Shown piece after piece: positions 12,601 to 25,992 of a stretch of 64,000 nt of DNA. The DNA is from Vicugna vicugna. Its lineage: Eukaryota. Made by a program: the position numbers and the translations under genes. The first letter of the stretch is position 1, and each line of letters opens with the position of its first letter. The DNA lies in assembly GCA_013265495.1 (NCBI GenBank), contig MU057416.1:304545-368544 (forward strand), written 5' to 3'. Under the pieces are notes generated by a model. It worked only from the letters and a program-made list of their open reading frames with translations, was not told the origin of the DNA and ran no database searches.

Positions 12601-13737
12601 CATCATATACCAGCTTAACTCAGTGCCTGCTCTGCTGTTCATTTTCATTAAAACCACATTGAAAGCTCTTCTGTGTCAAATCCAAGCACATCTCTGCTCT
12701 TTTCAGATCTGAGTGTCCTCTGAGTGAAGGACCCAGCTAAGCCTGGTCTTGCTGCCTGGAGCAAAGTGCTTGCTGATCTTTAAGTTTTAATAGAACTATA
12801 GAAAGTAGGGCAGCCACTAACTAGTCCTCCTAACATTTCAGATTAACCCACAGACCAGAAAGACGGTCTCCACATGTTTCCAATTTCAATTTTCTGTTCT
12901 GCCTAATTATTTTTATATCATTATCATGAGGTTAAGTCATCATAATAAGCCTTAGTTCATTTTATTGTGGCTCTGTCATTATGCCTATGCAACATGGTTA
13001 TCATGATTTCTTTCAGTAAATGACATATGCTGAGAGGATTAACTTTATTAATGGTTCACAGCGTCTGTAGCAGAAATATATATATATATATTTCAGACAT
13101 AGTGAACACTGTCTCCACTGATACCTTCTTTATAAATCTGATAAACTTGTCAAACCAAGTGAGGGCAAGCAAATTGCTGTTTCGTGCTTCTATGAAGAGT
13201 GAAAAGAAAGGCTGATGAATTAAGTAGATAAGAGAGGGGGTTAGAGTATTTACAGAATATGTTGCATTTGGTAAGTAATTTTCAAAATGCAGGTAAAAGA
13301 CTCACACAGGTTGTCACAAACACATGTACTCCCGAGGTGAGTCCTAAAAGGGACGGCAAGCATGCGTCTGCTCTACACCAAAGCCTTTCAGGAAGACAGC
13401 AAAAGCCTGAAAGTAAGGATTTGGGCTTTGGAGGAAGGAAAACAAAAAGTGGGTAAGATATTTTGAAAAAAAATTTAAAGAGAGAATGAACATTAGGCAT
13501 GTCTTGGTTTCTCACGTTCCTGTGAATTTTTTCAGCAAAAGACAATCTGTTGAATAGTCAAACTGTTACATGGTGAAAGTAAATGACCTTCCTATTACTA
13601 TGTATCGGGGTAAACATGAAACAGAGAGCTTTCCTGGGTCTTTATACTTGAGTATTTACTGTCCCCTTAGATGGGAATACACAGCCTCCCTGATCTTTCC
13701 ACTGAATTCAAAATTCAAGATCAAATCAAACATAAAT

Positions 13738-13895
13738 CCTGCATTGGTCTTCTATTGTTGCTGTAGCAAATTTCTCCCAAATGAGTGTCATAAAACAACA
13801 CAAAATTATGGCTTTACAATTCTGAAGGTTAGACATCCACAAGCCATCTTACCGGGCTGAAATCTGGAGGCTCCAGGGGACACTCTGTTTTCTTG
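13738..13895 (-). mobile_element. MLT1-type LTR fragment
   Basis: ctattgttgctgtagcaaatttctcccaaatgagtgtcataaaacaacacaaaattat...ttacaattctgaaggttaga. Confidence 0.65.
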
Positions 13896-14354
13896 AGATT
13901 GTTCTGTTTTTGTTTGTTGTTGGTTGTGTGTCTGTTCATATCTGTATATATACTATAGAAATACAATACATATGTACGTATTTTAAGCTAAACACATTGC
14001 CCTACAGCATCGAGGCTTTGTAGGAGAATGTAGCAATCTGCCACAGCTGCTTTACTCTAAAGCGTTTTAACTTTTAATTTTGACACTGAGTTTTCATGCA
14101 AAGATAAAATGCATGTGATTTAAGATAATTCTGGATGGATGCTGTTTGGGAAGGTTTACGACAGAATTGCTCTTCTGTGAGCGTTAGTCAGGGAGAGAAG
14201 GAATTATGGATGATGATCTTGAGGAGGAAACCACTTTTCTGTAGTTAATAAATTGGGCTCTCACTTTTATAACCTGCTCTGCGTTTGCTTGAGAGGCTTC
14301 TAGAAGCCTTTAACATCAAGGAGAATGTTCCAGCACTTTTATTCCCTGGTATTG

Positions 14355-14598
14355 TTTTTTGTTTTTGTTTTTAACTGAAGTCAAGTCGGTTCCAATGCTG
14401 GGTCAATGTCTGGTGCACAGCATAACGTTTCAGTCACACATACACAGACTTGCATTCTTGTTCATATTCTTGTCCATCATAAGTGGACTGCAAGGTATTA
14501 AACATAGTTCCCTGTGCTCTGCAGTAGGTCCTTGTTGTTTATCTGTTTTATATACAGTAACGTGTGTATCTGCAAACCTCGAACTCCTACTTTATCCC
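14355..14598 (-). mobile_element. 5'-truncated artiodactyl L1 3' end
   Basis: atagttccctgtgctctgcagtaggtccttgttgtttatctgttttatatac...tgtatctgcaaacctcgaactccta; T-rich tail at left. Confidence 0.88.
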
Positions 14599-14940
14599 AG
14601 TACTGTTTTAAAGGGGATTCAGTCCTTTCTCCTGCATTCCCCTACCCTCAATAGGGACAATGCTTCACTGGGATGGAGGGTGGGGGACAGCAAGGGAGGG
14701 AGAGGGGGCACCCCAGTTCTTTGTAAACAAAACATTGTAACCATCCTTGTCTTCTCAAACTGGCCCAGAGGAAGACACAAGTCACTAAAAATTAGAAGAT
14801 AGAGTGTTTTCTTCCTTCTGTGAAAACTTCACTGTTAAACTTACTTTCTGCTTTTATAAATAAGGGCAGTAATATTTAACTTCCAACATCACAGGCTTAT
14901 TGTAAATATAAGATAAGCTATGCAAAAACACTTCAAACAA

Positions 14941-15165
14941 TTGGAATTAATAGATGCACATTACACGTATAAAACAGACAAACAACAAGGACCTGTGGTA
15001 TCGCACAGGGAACTATATTCAATGTCTTGTAATGAGCCATAATGGAGAAGAATCTGAAATATGTATGTATGTATGTACATCTTAATCGCTTTGCTGTGTA
15101 CATGAAACTAACTGTAAATCAACTATGCTTCAATAAAAAATAAGAATAATACATTTAAAAAAGAA
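14941..15165 (+). mobile_element. 5'-truncated artiodactyl L1 3' end, inserted in a MIR remnant
   Basis: aaacaacaaggacctgtggtatcgcacagggaactatattcaa...tttgctgtgtacatgaaactaactgtaaatcaactatgcttcaataaaaa. Confidence 0.9.
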
Positions 15166-17985
15166 ATTTTAAAGTGCTGTATAAATTACAGGAAATGATT
15201 GACTTCTCAAGTTTACAAAGCGCCTCTTAGAGACAAGTAGAGTACTTAACATTAACTTGCCCATAAATATTTTAACTTCAGAAGCAGAAAGCGGGGAGTG
15301 ACTCCATCTCTCAGGCCGTGTAAATCGCAGGGGGCAGTGCTGGATTACTGAGCTCCAATCGCGTGTCTTGAAACACAGTAATAAAAAACTGTTAGAAAAG
15401 CTTTATCATCTAATTTATAGTTTTAAGGATTTAAAGAAATGTTAACAACCACCAAGGTAATAATTCCCAATAAGGAGTCAATCACAATAAAATTCCATGG
15501 CATGAATGTTGTTACTACATACATGTAACACAAGAGGGAACACAGACGCAGAGACGTTAAGGTGGCTGAATAAAGTCCCCGAGTTCAGCAGTGTTTCAGG
15601 CGGGAGGATCTGCTAAGCAAGCTTCTGGCTCTAGAGCTCGAGCTGTTTATCAGCGAGAGTGCGCGGCCAAAAGCCTCCCTTCGCAGCCCTGGGAACGAGG
15701 CTTCACGTTAATCATTGACGGAGGAAGTGTGCTGAACATGTTCCGTGTTTCCTCAGAGGTTCCTGAATCTGCTCACAACGCAGTGTTCACTCAGGTCTCT
15801 GGGCTGCTTCGCTGGCCAGGGACCTGGCTTAATTTAGTTCCCAGGGTGCCTTAGATATCACGGTCTTTACACCTCAGAGACCACGAGGAACTGCTAAATA
15901 GATGTGTCATGGCTGATAGGCTTTGAGACTTGGGGAAACACTCCCTGCAATCCTATTCCGTTCTCAAGAGCCCAGGGTAGAATTCATCTGTTACCGAACG
16001 CCTGACCTTCTGGAGTTCAGCTTCCTTATCTATCAGAAAGCGACAGTGGTACCCAGCTCACAGGGCCACTGAGGATTAGATAAGATAGCACAGTTCCTGA
16101 TATATGGAAAACCCTTAATGGGTGCTTGGATGAATTAGAGCAAACACTTCTGTGGAAATGGGCTGGTTCTTGTAACTAGTGCTGTCAAGTTGATGGACTT
16201 TGAATTGCCTTTTGTTAACCAACGAAGCAGAAAAAGAACCACTTGTGCACAACAGGAGGATGCCTATGGAATGAAACGCTATTTCCAAAATAAATCTCAA
16301 CATAGCAAGTATCAGTCAGCCATTAGCACTTTCCCAACCCATGTGATACAAGTAACGCAATCAAATCCTCTTCAAGCATCTGTTCTAGGTGAGCATTTAT
16401 GAACAGATCCTGAAAGGAATTCCCAGCCTAAGTAAGACTCTCAGGTTGTCACTCACCACTTGGCACGTCTGACTAGATGTAAGGAACCCATTGAAAATAC
16501 TCTAGAATATCATCATGTAATCAGTGTTAGGTCCCAGCTCAGCAGATGACGTCCAGTGCAGAAAGGATACAGAGCATCCTCAAGATGCAATGAAGAGTGT
16601 CCTCAGTCACAGCCACCCTCCTATCGTACTGATTTTTCTCTGCCGGGGGATTTTCAGGTAAATCTTGAAGGAGTCTAAATATTGGGCCTCCAAACATTTA
16701 AGACGCACACATACACACACAATGAACGTACATACTGAAAATGGCAACTGTACAATCAGAAAGTAATTTTGTTTGCAGACATAGGAGTCTAGCCCACACA
16801 CTCTCTCATTGCTCATTCAAATGCAATTTTCACATACAAATGAGTTCTAACAGCAAACCTGGGTGAGCCTAGTGGACAGACCAGGGGGCTGGGTGAAAGG
16901 TTAAGGCCGGCAAATTTGCCCTCAGTCATCCCCCGTGTTTTGTTTATTGCCCTCCTTCATTTTGCAGCACTCACCTCTAGGTAGATAAAGGTTCTGGAGT
17001 CGGTCACTTACCTGACCTCTCTGAGCCTTTCTCTTGTTTATTTTTTTATTGAAGTGTAGCTGGTTCACCGTGTTAGTTTCAAGTGAGAGTCTTTCATCAG
17101 GAACCCAGGAAACACGACTAGTCCCAGCTGCCTCCAGCGGGGGTGAGACCCGCCTGACCAGAGGTCTCCGTCGCCCGGCCCCGTGCAGGCATTCAGAAAA
17201 TGGGGCTTACTGTCGTTCACGCCGCCGCCCGGCTTGCCGGGACCCACAGCCGGGTCCTGTGATCAGGACGCTGGATTTGACTCAAGGGCACACACACGCA
17301 CACACCCCTCCACACATGCAGAGCCACAAAATATACACAAACACACACACACACAGATGCCAGGCAACGGGTTTTATCAGACGCTGCAGAACCATGACTG
17401 AAACTTAGTTTCTACCACTGAACCCATTCTCAACTGACAGAGAAGCCAGCAGCTAAACCGATGAATTAACCTGGATGCAAGGGTTCCCACAAGTGGACAC
17501 ACGCATTTCCACACGAGCAACAATTCGTCCTGAACCAAGACGTAGGGTCAGAAGGGAGATAGAAAAGGAGGGTGCGGTGTCAGAACCCGGCCTACAAATG
17601 CCGTGCGGGGAGAGAAGGTGAGGGAAGAGGGGGGCCAGAGCCCACCGCGCGGTTTGTGTCCAGCTGCCCGGGGAGGCAGCAGGGTCTCAGTGAGGTGATC
17701 AGGGTGGGGGGAGTAGATGCTTTTACCTCCAGGTACGCTGAGTTTAAGATGTTCTTGGACCAGGAGGATGTGCCAAGGAGCAGCTTAAAGTTTCAGTGTT
17801 GCTCCCAATTATTTCTGTCTTTTATATGGGCTTAAAAAATAGATCAGCACCGAGTCCCGTGAATCCAGGGACTTAACCGTAACTAGCGCAAATGTGACAG
17901 ATGAAGCTCAGGTTGGCACCTCTTCTATTTAATGGTTTTATTTTAGCAGGAGCGTGTTTAATGCTCCCTCACCATCAAAGCACAA

Positions 17986-18029
17986 ATACACACACACACA
18001 CGTGCACACATGTGCGTGTGCGCACATAC
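17986..18029. repeat. Alternating purine-pyrimidine tract (CA/TG/CG), 44 bp
   Basis: atacacacacacacacgtgcacacatgtgcgtgtgcgcacatac. Confidence 0.85.
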
Positions 18030-21000
18030 TGATACCTAAAGGATGTGAAGTGGACAGCCTTAGACATTTTCATGTCACGTTCGGTCTGAAAGGGAAACTT
18101 ATTTTCAGTAACATCTGATTCAGACGGCCCTTCAAACGACGAGACTGAACTGCCTTCTCTGCACTGGTGGCCCTGAGTTATTTTAAATATCCTCTTCAAT
18201 GCTGCCAACTGCTGACTCTGTTCCCCTGTGTTAGACAGTTATTGCCCTCTTGTAGTTACTGAGAAATGTGGTCCCGTTCTCCCCTCGGGGGTCTGCACAT
18301 ATCAGACGTGAAACACGTGGTGAGCTGGTCACGCCTCTGTAAATCACAGTCCGTCGGCTCCTTGGCTGTGCCCAACGGCGTCCATGCAGGTTTTGGAAGC
18401 TCGGCGAGACCCAGGGGAGTAGGAGGATGTGGATAAATCAGTGCGTGGGGAGCGCAGCCCCTCCCAGGTCGGCAGAGTGGTGTCCACAGCTGCGGCATCT
18501 GTGTGGGAGCTTGAGGATCCTAACAAGAGTGAGCTGTCGGTGGAGACCCATCACTCTTCCTTTAGCAACGAACTCTTAACTTCAGACTGGCCCCCAATCT
18601 ATTTTGAATTCCATGTACGAAAAAAATAGAAGATCACCTAGAGCCACGTTCATGCTGCAAAGATGATCCTAATCTCAGAACAGCAGGTCGTCTCCACCAC
18701 TTACAACAGAGCCAGCTGCCCTGGGCGGGGGTGGTCTGCTAGAACTCCGTTTTAAGAATAATGCTTAATCCTCTTTCGGGCTCACTCAAAAACAAGGGTT
18801 GGGTTTAATTACCAGGCTTCCCGCAGTTGTTAGGAGGGAGGCAGCTCAGGTGCAAAGAGATCTTTTCTTTTGGGCTTAGATCGATGCCTAGACGGGCTCG
18901 GATCGGGTCAGCAGGAGCCTTGAGTGGGCGCCACCCAGTCCTCCGTCTCACACCCTCTCCTGTGAGTCATTTCCACACAAGATCTGTGAGTTCACACATT
19001 TCCCTCCCTATTTTCAAAGGTCTTTTTGAGGACGTGCCGTTACATGACAACCGGCAGGTCCTTTTATGAGTATCAAACAGAGCCGGGCAGCCACCCACCC
19101 GACCACGACAGCAGAGACGTCTCGGAACATTACAAACATCACAGTCACCCTCAATGTTGTGTCAAATGTGTCGAAAGATCTGTCAGTACCATGACCACAG
19201 GTCAGTCGTTCCTGGAATTGCTCAAAGAGTAAATAAAAGCATTTTAAAAATACCTGAAAGGAAGGGACAGAAACCTCTTTAAGTAACCCGATTACAAACC
19301 GTCAAACTCAACCACGTTCAGTTGGAAGCTGAGATCTTTTCATGCTGAAGAAGAAAGAAGAAAAAGAGCTCCGACTGCACCGTTTCCTCTACAGCAGAAG
19401 GTGCATCACCTGGTCACTGCTACTGAATACCCGGGATTTTATGTAAACATGACATTGAACTTCATAAAATCATTTCTCTGTTTTACAATTAAACAATTCT
19501 GTCACACACCCAAGGCTCTGGAGAGGCACGATTCAGTTGAATTATTGCTCCTGGCTCACCAGGAACATTGTTAACATGTGTAGAATGTGCTTCATGTTAG
19601 GGAACCCCCCTCCAGCCTTCCAGCAGCTCTGAGTCATATAATGTAGCCAAATTTCAATTGTCCAGCATTGCTCATCAGTGTGAGAATTATACAGATGGTG
19701 GTGTTTTTCTCTCTTCCGATCATCACTGTCTTTTCCGTTTTTTGTCATTGTTTTGTTTCTGTTTTTGCTTGCTGGCTTAACTGTGCTTTGGCGTCCCTAA
19801 GGGAGAGTGAAAAATGAAGAGAAAGCAAATAAAACACAAAACAGCCAGTTCCTTTTTTTAAAGCTTGGGTTAAAACAGTGTTTAGAGAATCTTGACGTTT
19901 CATTGGACATCAGTTATTCAGTTTTCCTGACCACCTCCATCTCCTTGGTCTCCAAACTGAGCCTGTTGCCATGAATTAAGGGTTTCCTGGAGAACTGGCG
20001 GGATGCATCAGAAACACTAGCATGACCTGAAACCCAGAGACCAGTGGACCAGTGGACCATGGATGCCCTTCATCCCACGTATACAGCATCCCACCCTTCC
20101 CCTCGTGAATCCCTTCTCTCAGATTTCACAGGGAGGCACAGATGTCACAACTGAGCTCCAGAGGGCAACATGGGGGCAGGAGGCAGGGCTGGGGTTTGGA
20201 CCTGATTACAAAAGCAATGCTCTTTCCTTGCCTCCATGTCAACTCCTTTTCGGAGCGAACAACAGTCATGGTACTTATGAAACCAGGTTTATCAATTCGT
20301 CTGAGCATCTCTATCAATATGAAGTTTGTTTCGTTGACCTCTCAAACCCTGAAGCCTTAGCCCAGCCTCAGAGCCAATTTCTTTTTCCCCACTGTTGTGA
20401 TTTTTTTAAATACATTGTTGAAAGATGCGTTGGTAAGGACACACTAGAAAACAATCTTGACAGTGAACTTGTGTTCTCCAAGTAACGCTCTTCCCGCAGC
20501 GGGCTCAGTCGGACAATGTGCAGAAGAGATCTGGGAAGAGGAGGTGCCTTCCATCCTGAGTTTAAGGGGTGCGTCTGGGTCTCTCGTCAAAAGTGTGTTT
20601 TGAGTAGGTCTCCCATTGGTTGACAGTTCATGGATTTTGCCAATGGCAGCTATGAAAATGCCCCCCACAGCGGAGACAAGTGCCACTTCAATACATAGAC
20701 GTGATGCTAAAAGTGGGTTGTTACTTATGTAGTTTGACTTTTTTTCATAAGCACATTTCAACCTCATTCATTGCCTTAAAATTAAAGTGTTTTTAAGATG
20801 TCAGTAGTTTAAAGGTGAATATTTCAGAAATGTCTTACAGAATAAAGTACACAAATTGTTTGCATTGAAAACTTATTGATGGAGAAGTCTAAACATTTTT
20901 AGAACATGAATTTAATTGAATATGAAACAGTTTCCTAGAAAAGAATAATGAAATAATTATTCTTTTATCATTGTTTTAATCATAGTTTCTTTTTTAATCA

Positions 21001-21044
21001 TAGAAACGATCATTTGTGTAGTACTAAGCCATCATTTAAATTAT

Positions 21045-21150
21045 ATTTAATCCTCACCCTTACAAAGGGGGAAACTGAGGCTGAGAAAGATGAAATAATC
21101 TAAGCTGACACAGCTCATAATGGGTGACACCAATTCTTCGTTCTGCACCT
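21045..21150 (-). mobile_element. MIR core fragment
   Basis: ttacaaagggggaaactgaggctgagaaagatgaaataatct...gacacagct. Confidence 0.7.
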
Positions 21151-21269
21151 TGACAGAGGCCACTCTACTGCACTCCTCAGTGTCTGATTTCCTCCTAAAG
21201 GTAAGAAAATTAGGGCTAGTGGGTGAGAGAGAGAAATTCTGAGATGAATAAAATGTCAACCCCCCCCAA

Positions 21270-21380
21270 AAGATATATATATATGTATGTATATGTGTAA
21301 CTGAATCACTTTGCTGTACACCTGAAACTAACATTGTAAATCAACTACACTTCAATAAAAAATAAAATCTAAAAATAAAA
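21270..21380 (+). mobile_element. Short L1 3' terminus
   Basis: tgtaactgaatcactttgctgtacacctgaaactaacattgtaaatcaactacacttcaataaaaaataaaa. Confidence 0.88.
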
Positions 21381-21599
21381 TCAATTCAGCGTATTTCTGT
21401 TGGGAGAGCTGGCATGGACTTCAGGTACGTATCTCATCTTTGAAAAGTCTCTTCATTTAAAAATATTGGTATTACGTATACTTGCACAGATAAAAATGAA
21501 AGCGGTTGGCACGTCAGTTGTTAGTATGTATACACTACTGTCAAACGTGGACATTAACACCCTAGGGAGAAGGGCTGAATCCACAGTCAGTCTGACGGG

Positions 21600-21822
21600 A
21601 AGAAGGCAACCCTGTGCTGGGCTGTTTCTCAGGCCAAAGGTAGCGCCTTGGTTAATGGGCCGGGTTGAACGGGTACCTTACAGCCTGCTGCTGTAGCCAG
21701 CAGGCACCACACCGATGATGCACGAATCCCTGACCTGGGTAATCCAGACAGGCGTGGCCGTCCCAATACACTTTATTTACAAACACAGGTGACTGGCCAC
21801 GGGCCATGGTCTTCCAATCCCA
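21600..21822 (+). mobile_element. MER58A-like hAT-Charlie element
   Basis: ggcgtggccgtcccaatacactttatttacaaacacaggtgactggccacgggccatgg. Confidence 0.7.
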
Positions 21823-22454
21823 ACGGGTTAAGAACCTGCAAAATTACTTTGTCATGTATTGTAACACAGTCATGTTAGTGGGACCTCCTTTTATCCACAG
21901 GGAGTCATCCTAAGGTGCTGCCAGCCACACAAGACCCTCTGAGAGGTTTCCTCAACTCCCACTGCCTCCTCACCTGAGTCCCCTGTTCTTCACCCTGCTT
22001 TCCGAATGGGACTTTATCCCATGCTGAATACGCTTTCTCCATAATCCATCAATAGTCTGGCAAATAAAAACAAAAAACTACCCTGTGCAGCGCGCTTGAA
22101 ACTCAGTGGGGGTCTTCGTAGGAGAGCATGTCACAACACAATGAATACGAAATATTTCAATAAACATGAGAAAATTCTAAATGTTCTTCCAGGTCAAGTC
22201 CTTCCTGGCACTTGGTCACGACCATCTTCTCAGGGTCAGTTCCTCCTCTTAAAGACCTTCTCCCGTGCACTGGCCACCAACTTCTTCTTTAGGAGACAAC
22301 GTCATGGTTCACCACCTACCTTACACTATCCGAGCACATGTTCTGGAATTTTCTAAGCAAAAGCGTCGTCAATCGGGGCTTTGTTCTCACAGCAGTCTCC
22401 TTGCTGGCCCTCACCTCCAGAGGAGCATGGAAAGGGGCTTTAAAAAGGATGTAT

Positions 22455-23060
22455 TCTAGCCCCGCACACCGAAAAGCGCCAGGGGTGGGAGACTTTCATT
22501 TTTCCTCCCTGTAAAGAAACGCACCCCCGGCCGCGGCGGCGCGGGAGGAGAGCGGCCCGCCCGGAGGCCCCCGCGCAGCGAGGCCTCCCGCCCGCGGGCG
22601 GCGNNNNNNNNNNNNNNNNNNNNNNNNNNNNNNNNNNNNNNNNNNNNNNNNNNNNNNNNNNNNNNNNNNNNNNNNNNNNNNNNNNNNNNNNNNNNNNNNN
22701 NNNNNNNNNNNNNNNNCGCGCCGCCGGAGGCCTGCGCCCACGCCCGCTGCCCGCGTGCCCGGCCGCGCGGCCCTGCAGCCCCGCGTGGCACTGCTCCGCC
22801 GGCTTCACTGGTCAGATCTGCAGTTGCCTCTTTCACTTCTGGTTTGCACGGCTGAGGTCAGAGTGGTAAGTTCCATGGGCTCAACATAAAAGGCTCGCTG
22901 TTCCCTCTTGCTTTGCTTGTCGTGAAGGGCGCAGCGCCGGACGGCAGGCCTTGGCGAAGCCAGTCTTCAGACCGACACCCCGCGTAGCACCTGCAGGCGG
23001 CGGGAAGCGACTCTGCGCCAACCCCGCGCCCCACGGTCAGGCCGAGTCACGCTGCGGCCT
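22455..23060. promoter_or_regulatory. CpG island / very GC-rich segment containing an assembly gap
   Basis: Dense CpG and GC-box-like cccgccc on both sides of the N run. Confidence 0.7.
22604..22716. other. Assembly gap (113 N)
   Basis: Run of n bases. Confidence 1.
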
Positions 23061-24308
23061 TGCTAACTCGCTGCCCTTTCAACGGATGATAAATGTCCTT
23101 CTTTTGTTGTCAAATGGGGTGTTTTAGACCAAAATCTTGTTTTCCGTATGTCAGTTCCTTCGGTGCTACTGGCTGCAAATATCTGAATATCTACGTATCT
23201 AAATAAATCCCAGTGGAAAGCTGAGAGCTGTGTTTTGTGTGTGTGTGTTTATTGCAGCCACAGAGACTGATGTCTTTTGCCTGCTCTGTCCATGTTACGT
23301 TGGTATCGAAAATACACATGGGCGTCTGGTTCGCGCTTAGAAGCCGTGCGTGTGCCAGGGAAGGTAACCACGCTGCCAGCTGAGAGGCCAAAGGTCTGTG
23401 GTTACGACTGGCCGTGTCGATTTCTTATAATTTTTCCTGTCATGGGGTGGTTTTGATAATTCTTAAAATTTGACAAGCATTGCACATCACAAGCATTAAG
23501 GAACTGCCTAGTTGGCTTGACTCTAAGAAAATCTTTTTGTTTAGCTGCAAAATTTGAAATTATTTTCTTTGTTAGTTACCTAATGAAATTCTGGGAAGAA
23601 CCGTGTGACAGCACCTTCTTAAACCCCTTCTTGTTGTCGTCCTGGCTTCACAAGCATTTTCTACTTAGTTTTCTTTGAAGTTCTCTTTTCTCATCTCATC
23701 TCCATATTTTTAATTGACCAATCTGATTATTAATGCAAACCAACAAATGCTTTTCCCTCTGTTTGTATTTCAGTTGAATAAATGGCAAAAGTGGGAGGAA
23801 AATTGATGTGCACTTTAAAAAAATCCCCATAGCAATAAACACAAGTGTAAAACAAAGTTTCTAAGATTCATATAACATTTTTGCTAAATAATTTTGCCAA
23901 ATTTTTTTTCTTAATTCAATTGTAGAGATTTAGAGTTTGCAAAAGGCTTTAGAGATCAACCATTCCAGAAATTTTATAGAGATGAGGCAATAATTTGGAA
24001 GATCCTGGAAGAATAGTCAGTCTGACTTGTATCAAAGAAGCGGTCTAAGGTAGAACTGAGCTGAAACGCAAATCTCCCAATTTTTTTAAATTCAGTGCTT
24101 TTACCATGAAATCTTGAAACCTTATTAACGTTTGTTTTTCTCTTGTTGTTATTGTTGTCAACAGAAAGAAGAGAAAGGAGCAGAGGGTTACCGCCCTTTG
24201 ATGATGGGTAGAAGGCGTCTTATTTGCTGTGATGGTGATTCTGACCGTGCCTTCCCAGGAATCAACGTATAAAGAATTGAAAAGCTTTTTTACAGAGAGC
24301 TTCATTTT

Positions 24309-24346
24309 AGAAGAAGAAGAAGGAGAAGGAGAAGAAGAAGAAGAGG
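24309..24346. repeat. (GAA)n/(GGA) purine triplet tract
   Basis: agaagaagaagaaggagaaggagaagaagaagaagagg. Confidence 0.9.
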
Positions 24347-25489
24347 CTTTTAGTTTTGGCTGCATTATAAAGCCTTCATCTTAGCACAAGGGGCAGTTCT
24401 GAATTTAACAAGTGCTCGACATGTAGATAAGTCTGTTGGTTCCATTTATGGATTTCTGCTTGATTCTCTGCATAAACAGAAAGAACTGCTCCATTACAGC
24501 TTTCTGTGATATTGGAAAAAAACGTGGCTCTTTGGTGCCATTTTGCCAGTGTTACATTGAAAGATGGAAGGAGGTCTCTACAAGTTCTCATCTTGGCAGC
24601 TCAGGCAGCTGGAGGCCGCTCTCCAGGGCAGTGGTGGTACCTGGAGCAGCAGAACCGGCAGGCAGATGCTGTTACCCGGTGAGACGGCTCTGTCACCAGG
24701 GGACGCGGTCCCTGCTGAGTGTAACTGGATGCAGCCAAAAGAACAGTGACGCTAAATGGGAAAAGTTATAGTTCAGTGGAAAGGAGAAGTGGGCAAAGAT
24801 GGTTGATGCCGTGTACATACAGTTTGATGGGGTTTGTGAAATCTCCTGGAACCACTCAGAACTATTCTGAGGTAGGAGTAGAGACACAAAGGGGATTACT
24901 GCAGACTGCAGCCCTGCAGTATCCAGGGGCAAGACTGTCATGGACATATGCGAATTTCATATTCTATTTATGGCCAAAGTTCATTCTTTTTTTTTTCTAG
25001 TATCCAAATATCATCAATGAGATACCAAAATGTCTTTCTTTTATATTACATAAATGCATCAAAAATCTGAAGACTATTATTTTTACTTAATAAGTATAAT
25101 CATAGTTTTTACCAAAAATTACTAAATATTAACAAAGCAGAAAAGATACCATATTTAGTACTGTGAGCTTACCTATTCTTTGAGAGTGCAAAATTTACCA
25201 AAGCAAAATACCTCCTAACTTTATCATAGAGTTGAACTTATGTACACCTCACATGTCTACTTTCTTTCATCAACCTTGGAACCATTAAAACTTTAAAAAC
25301 CATTTCAACTTTATTATGTCTCTCTGTACACTGACTGCTGTAAAAATAACATTTTTAAGAAAAGATTTAGTAAGAGAAGTGTAAAGGTATAAAATATTGA
25401 AGAAGTGTAAAGAGGCACATCAGGAGGTTTTTAAAAATTAGTGAAAGTGACATAAGAAAGGCAAACTGGTTGCTTAACTAGCAAGCTTT

Positions 25490-25992
25490 CTACGTTAGTC
25501 ACTGACTGCTGTGTAACAAATAACCCCAAACCTTAGCAGCTTAAAAGAATAAAGGCTTATTATCTCACAGATTCTGGGGTCAGGAATCTGATGCAGCTTT
25601 GTTGGGCTCCTCTTGGCTCAGGGTCTCCCAAAAGACTGCAGTCAAGGTGCTGGTTCAGCCTCAGTCCTCACCAGCCCAGACTACAGCAGGCCCACCTGCC
25701 GGCTCACTCACGCGGCTGTGCCCTCGGCCCCTCACGGCAGGCAGTTTTCTGTGATACTGCAGGTGGTCTCCCCACATAGAGTGACCCAGGAGAAAGCAAA
25801 AGAGAACCAAATGAGAAAGCACATTTTTCTGGATAACCCCATCTTGGAAATGACTCCCTCACCTCTACCATGTTCAGTTTTTTAGAATTAAGTCACTGGG
25901 TCCAGGCCACACTCAAGAGAAGATGACTACACATAGAATAAATATCTGTCAACGAGGATCACTGGGGCTCATTTTAAATGCTGCCAACCACG
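25490..25992 (-). mobile_element. Solo MaLR LTR (MLT1F/G-like)
   Basis: tgctgtgtaacaaataaccccaaaccttagcagcttaaaa...tctcacagattctggggtcaggaatctg...aagtcactgggtccaggccacactcaag...gctgccaacca. Confidence 0.8.

Noticed and set aside
17005..17013. Consensus minus-strand donor CAG|GTAAGT as a host-gene exon end
   Set aside because: It lies in MIR-like sequence and no matching acceptor or exon can be supported without RNA data.
22440..22836. ORFs across the CpG island
   Set aside because: They are open only because they span the N gap and GC-rich sequence.
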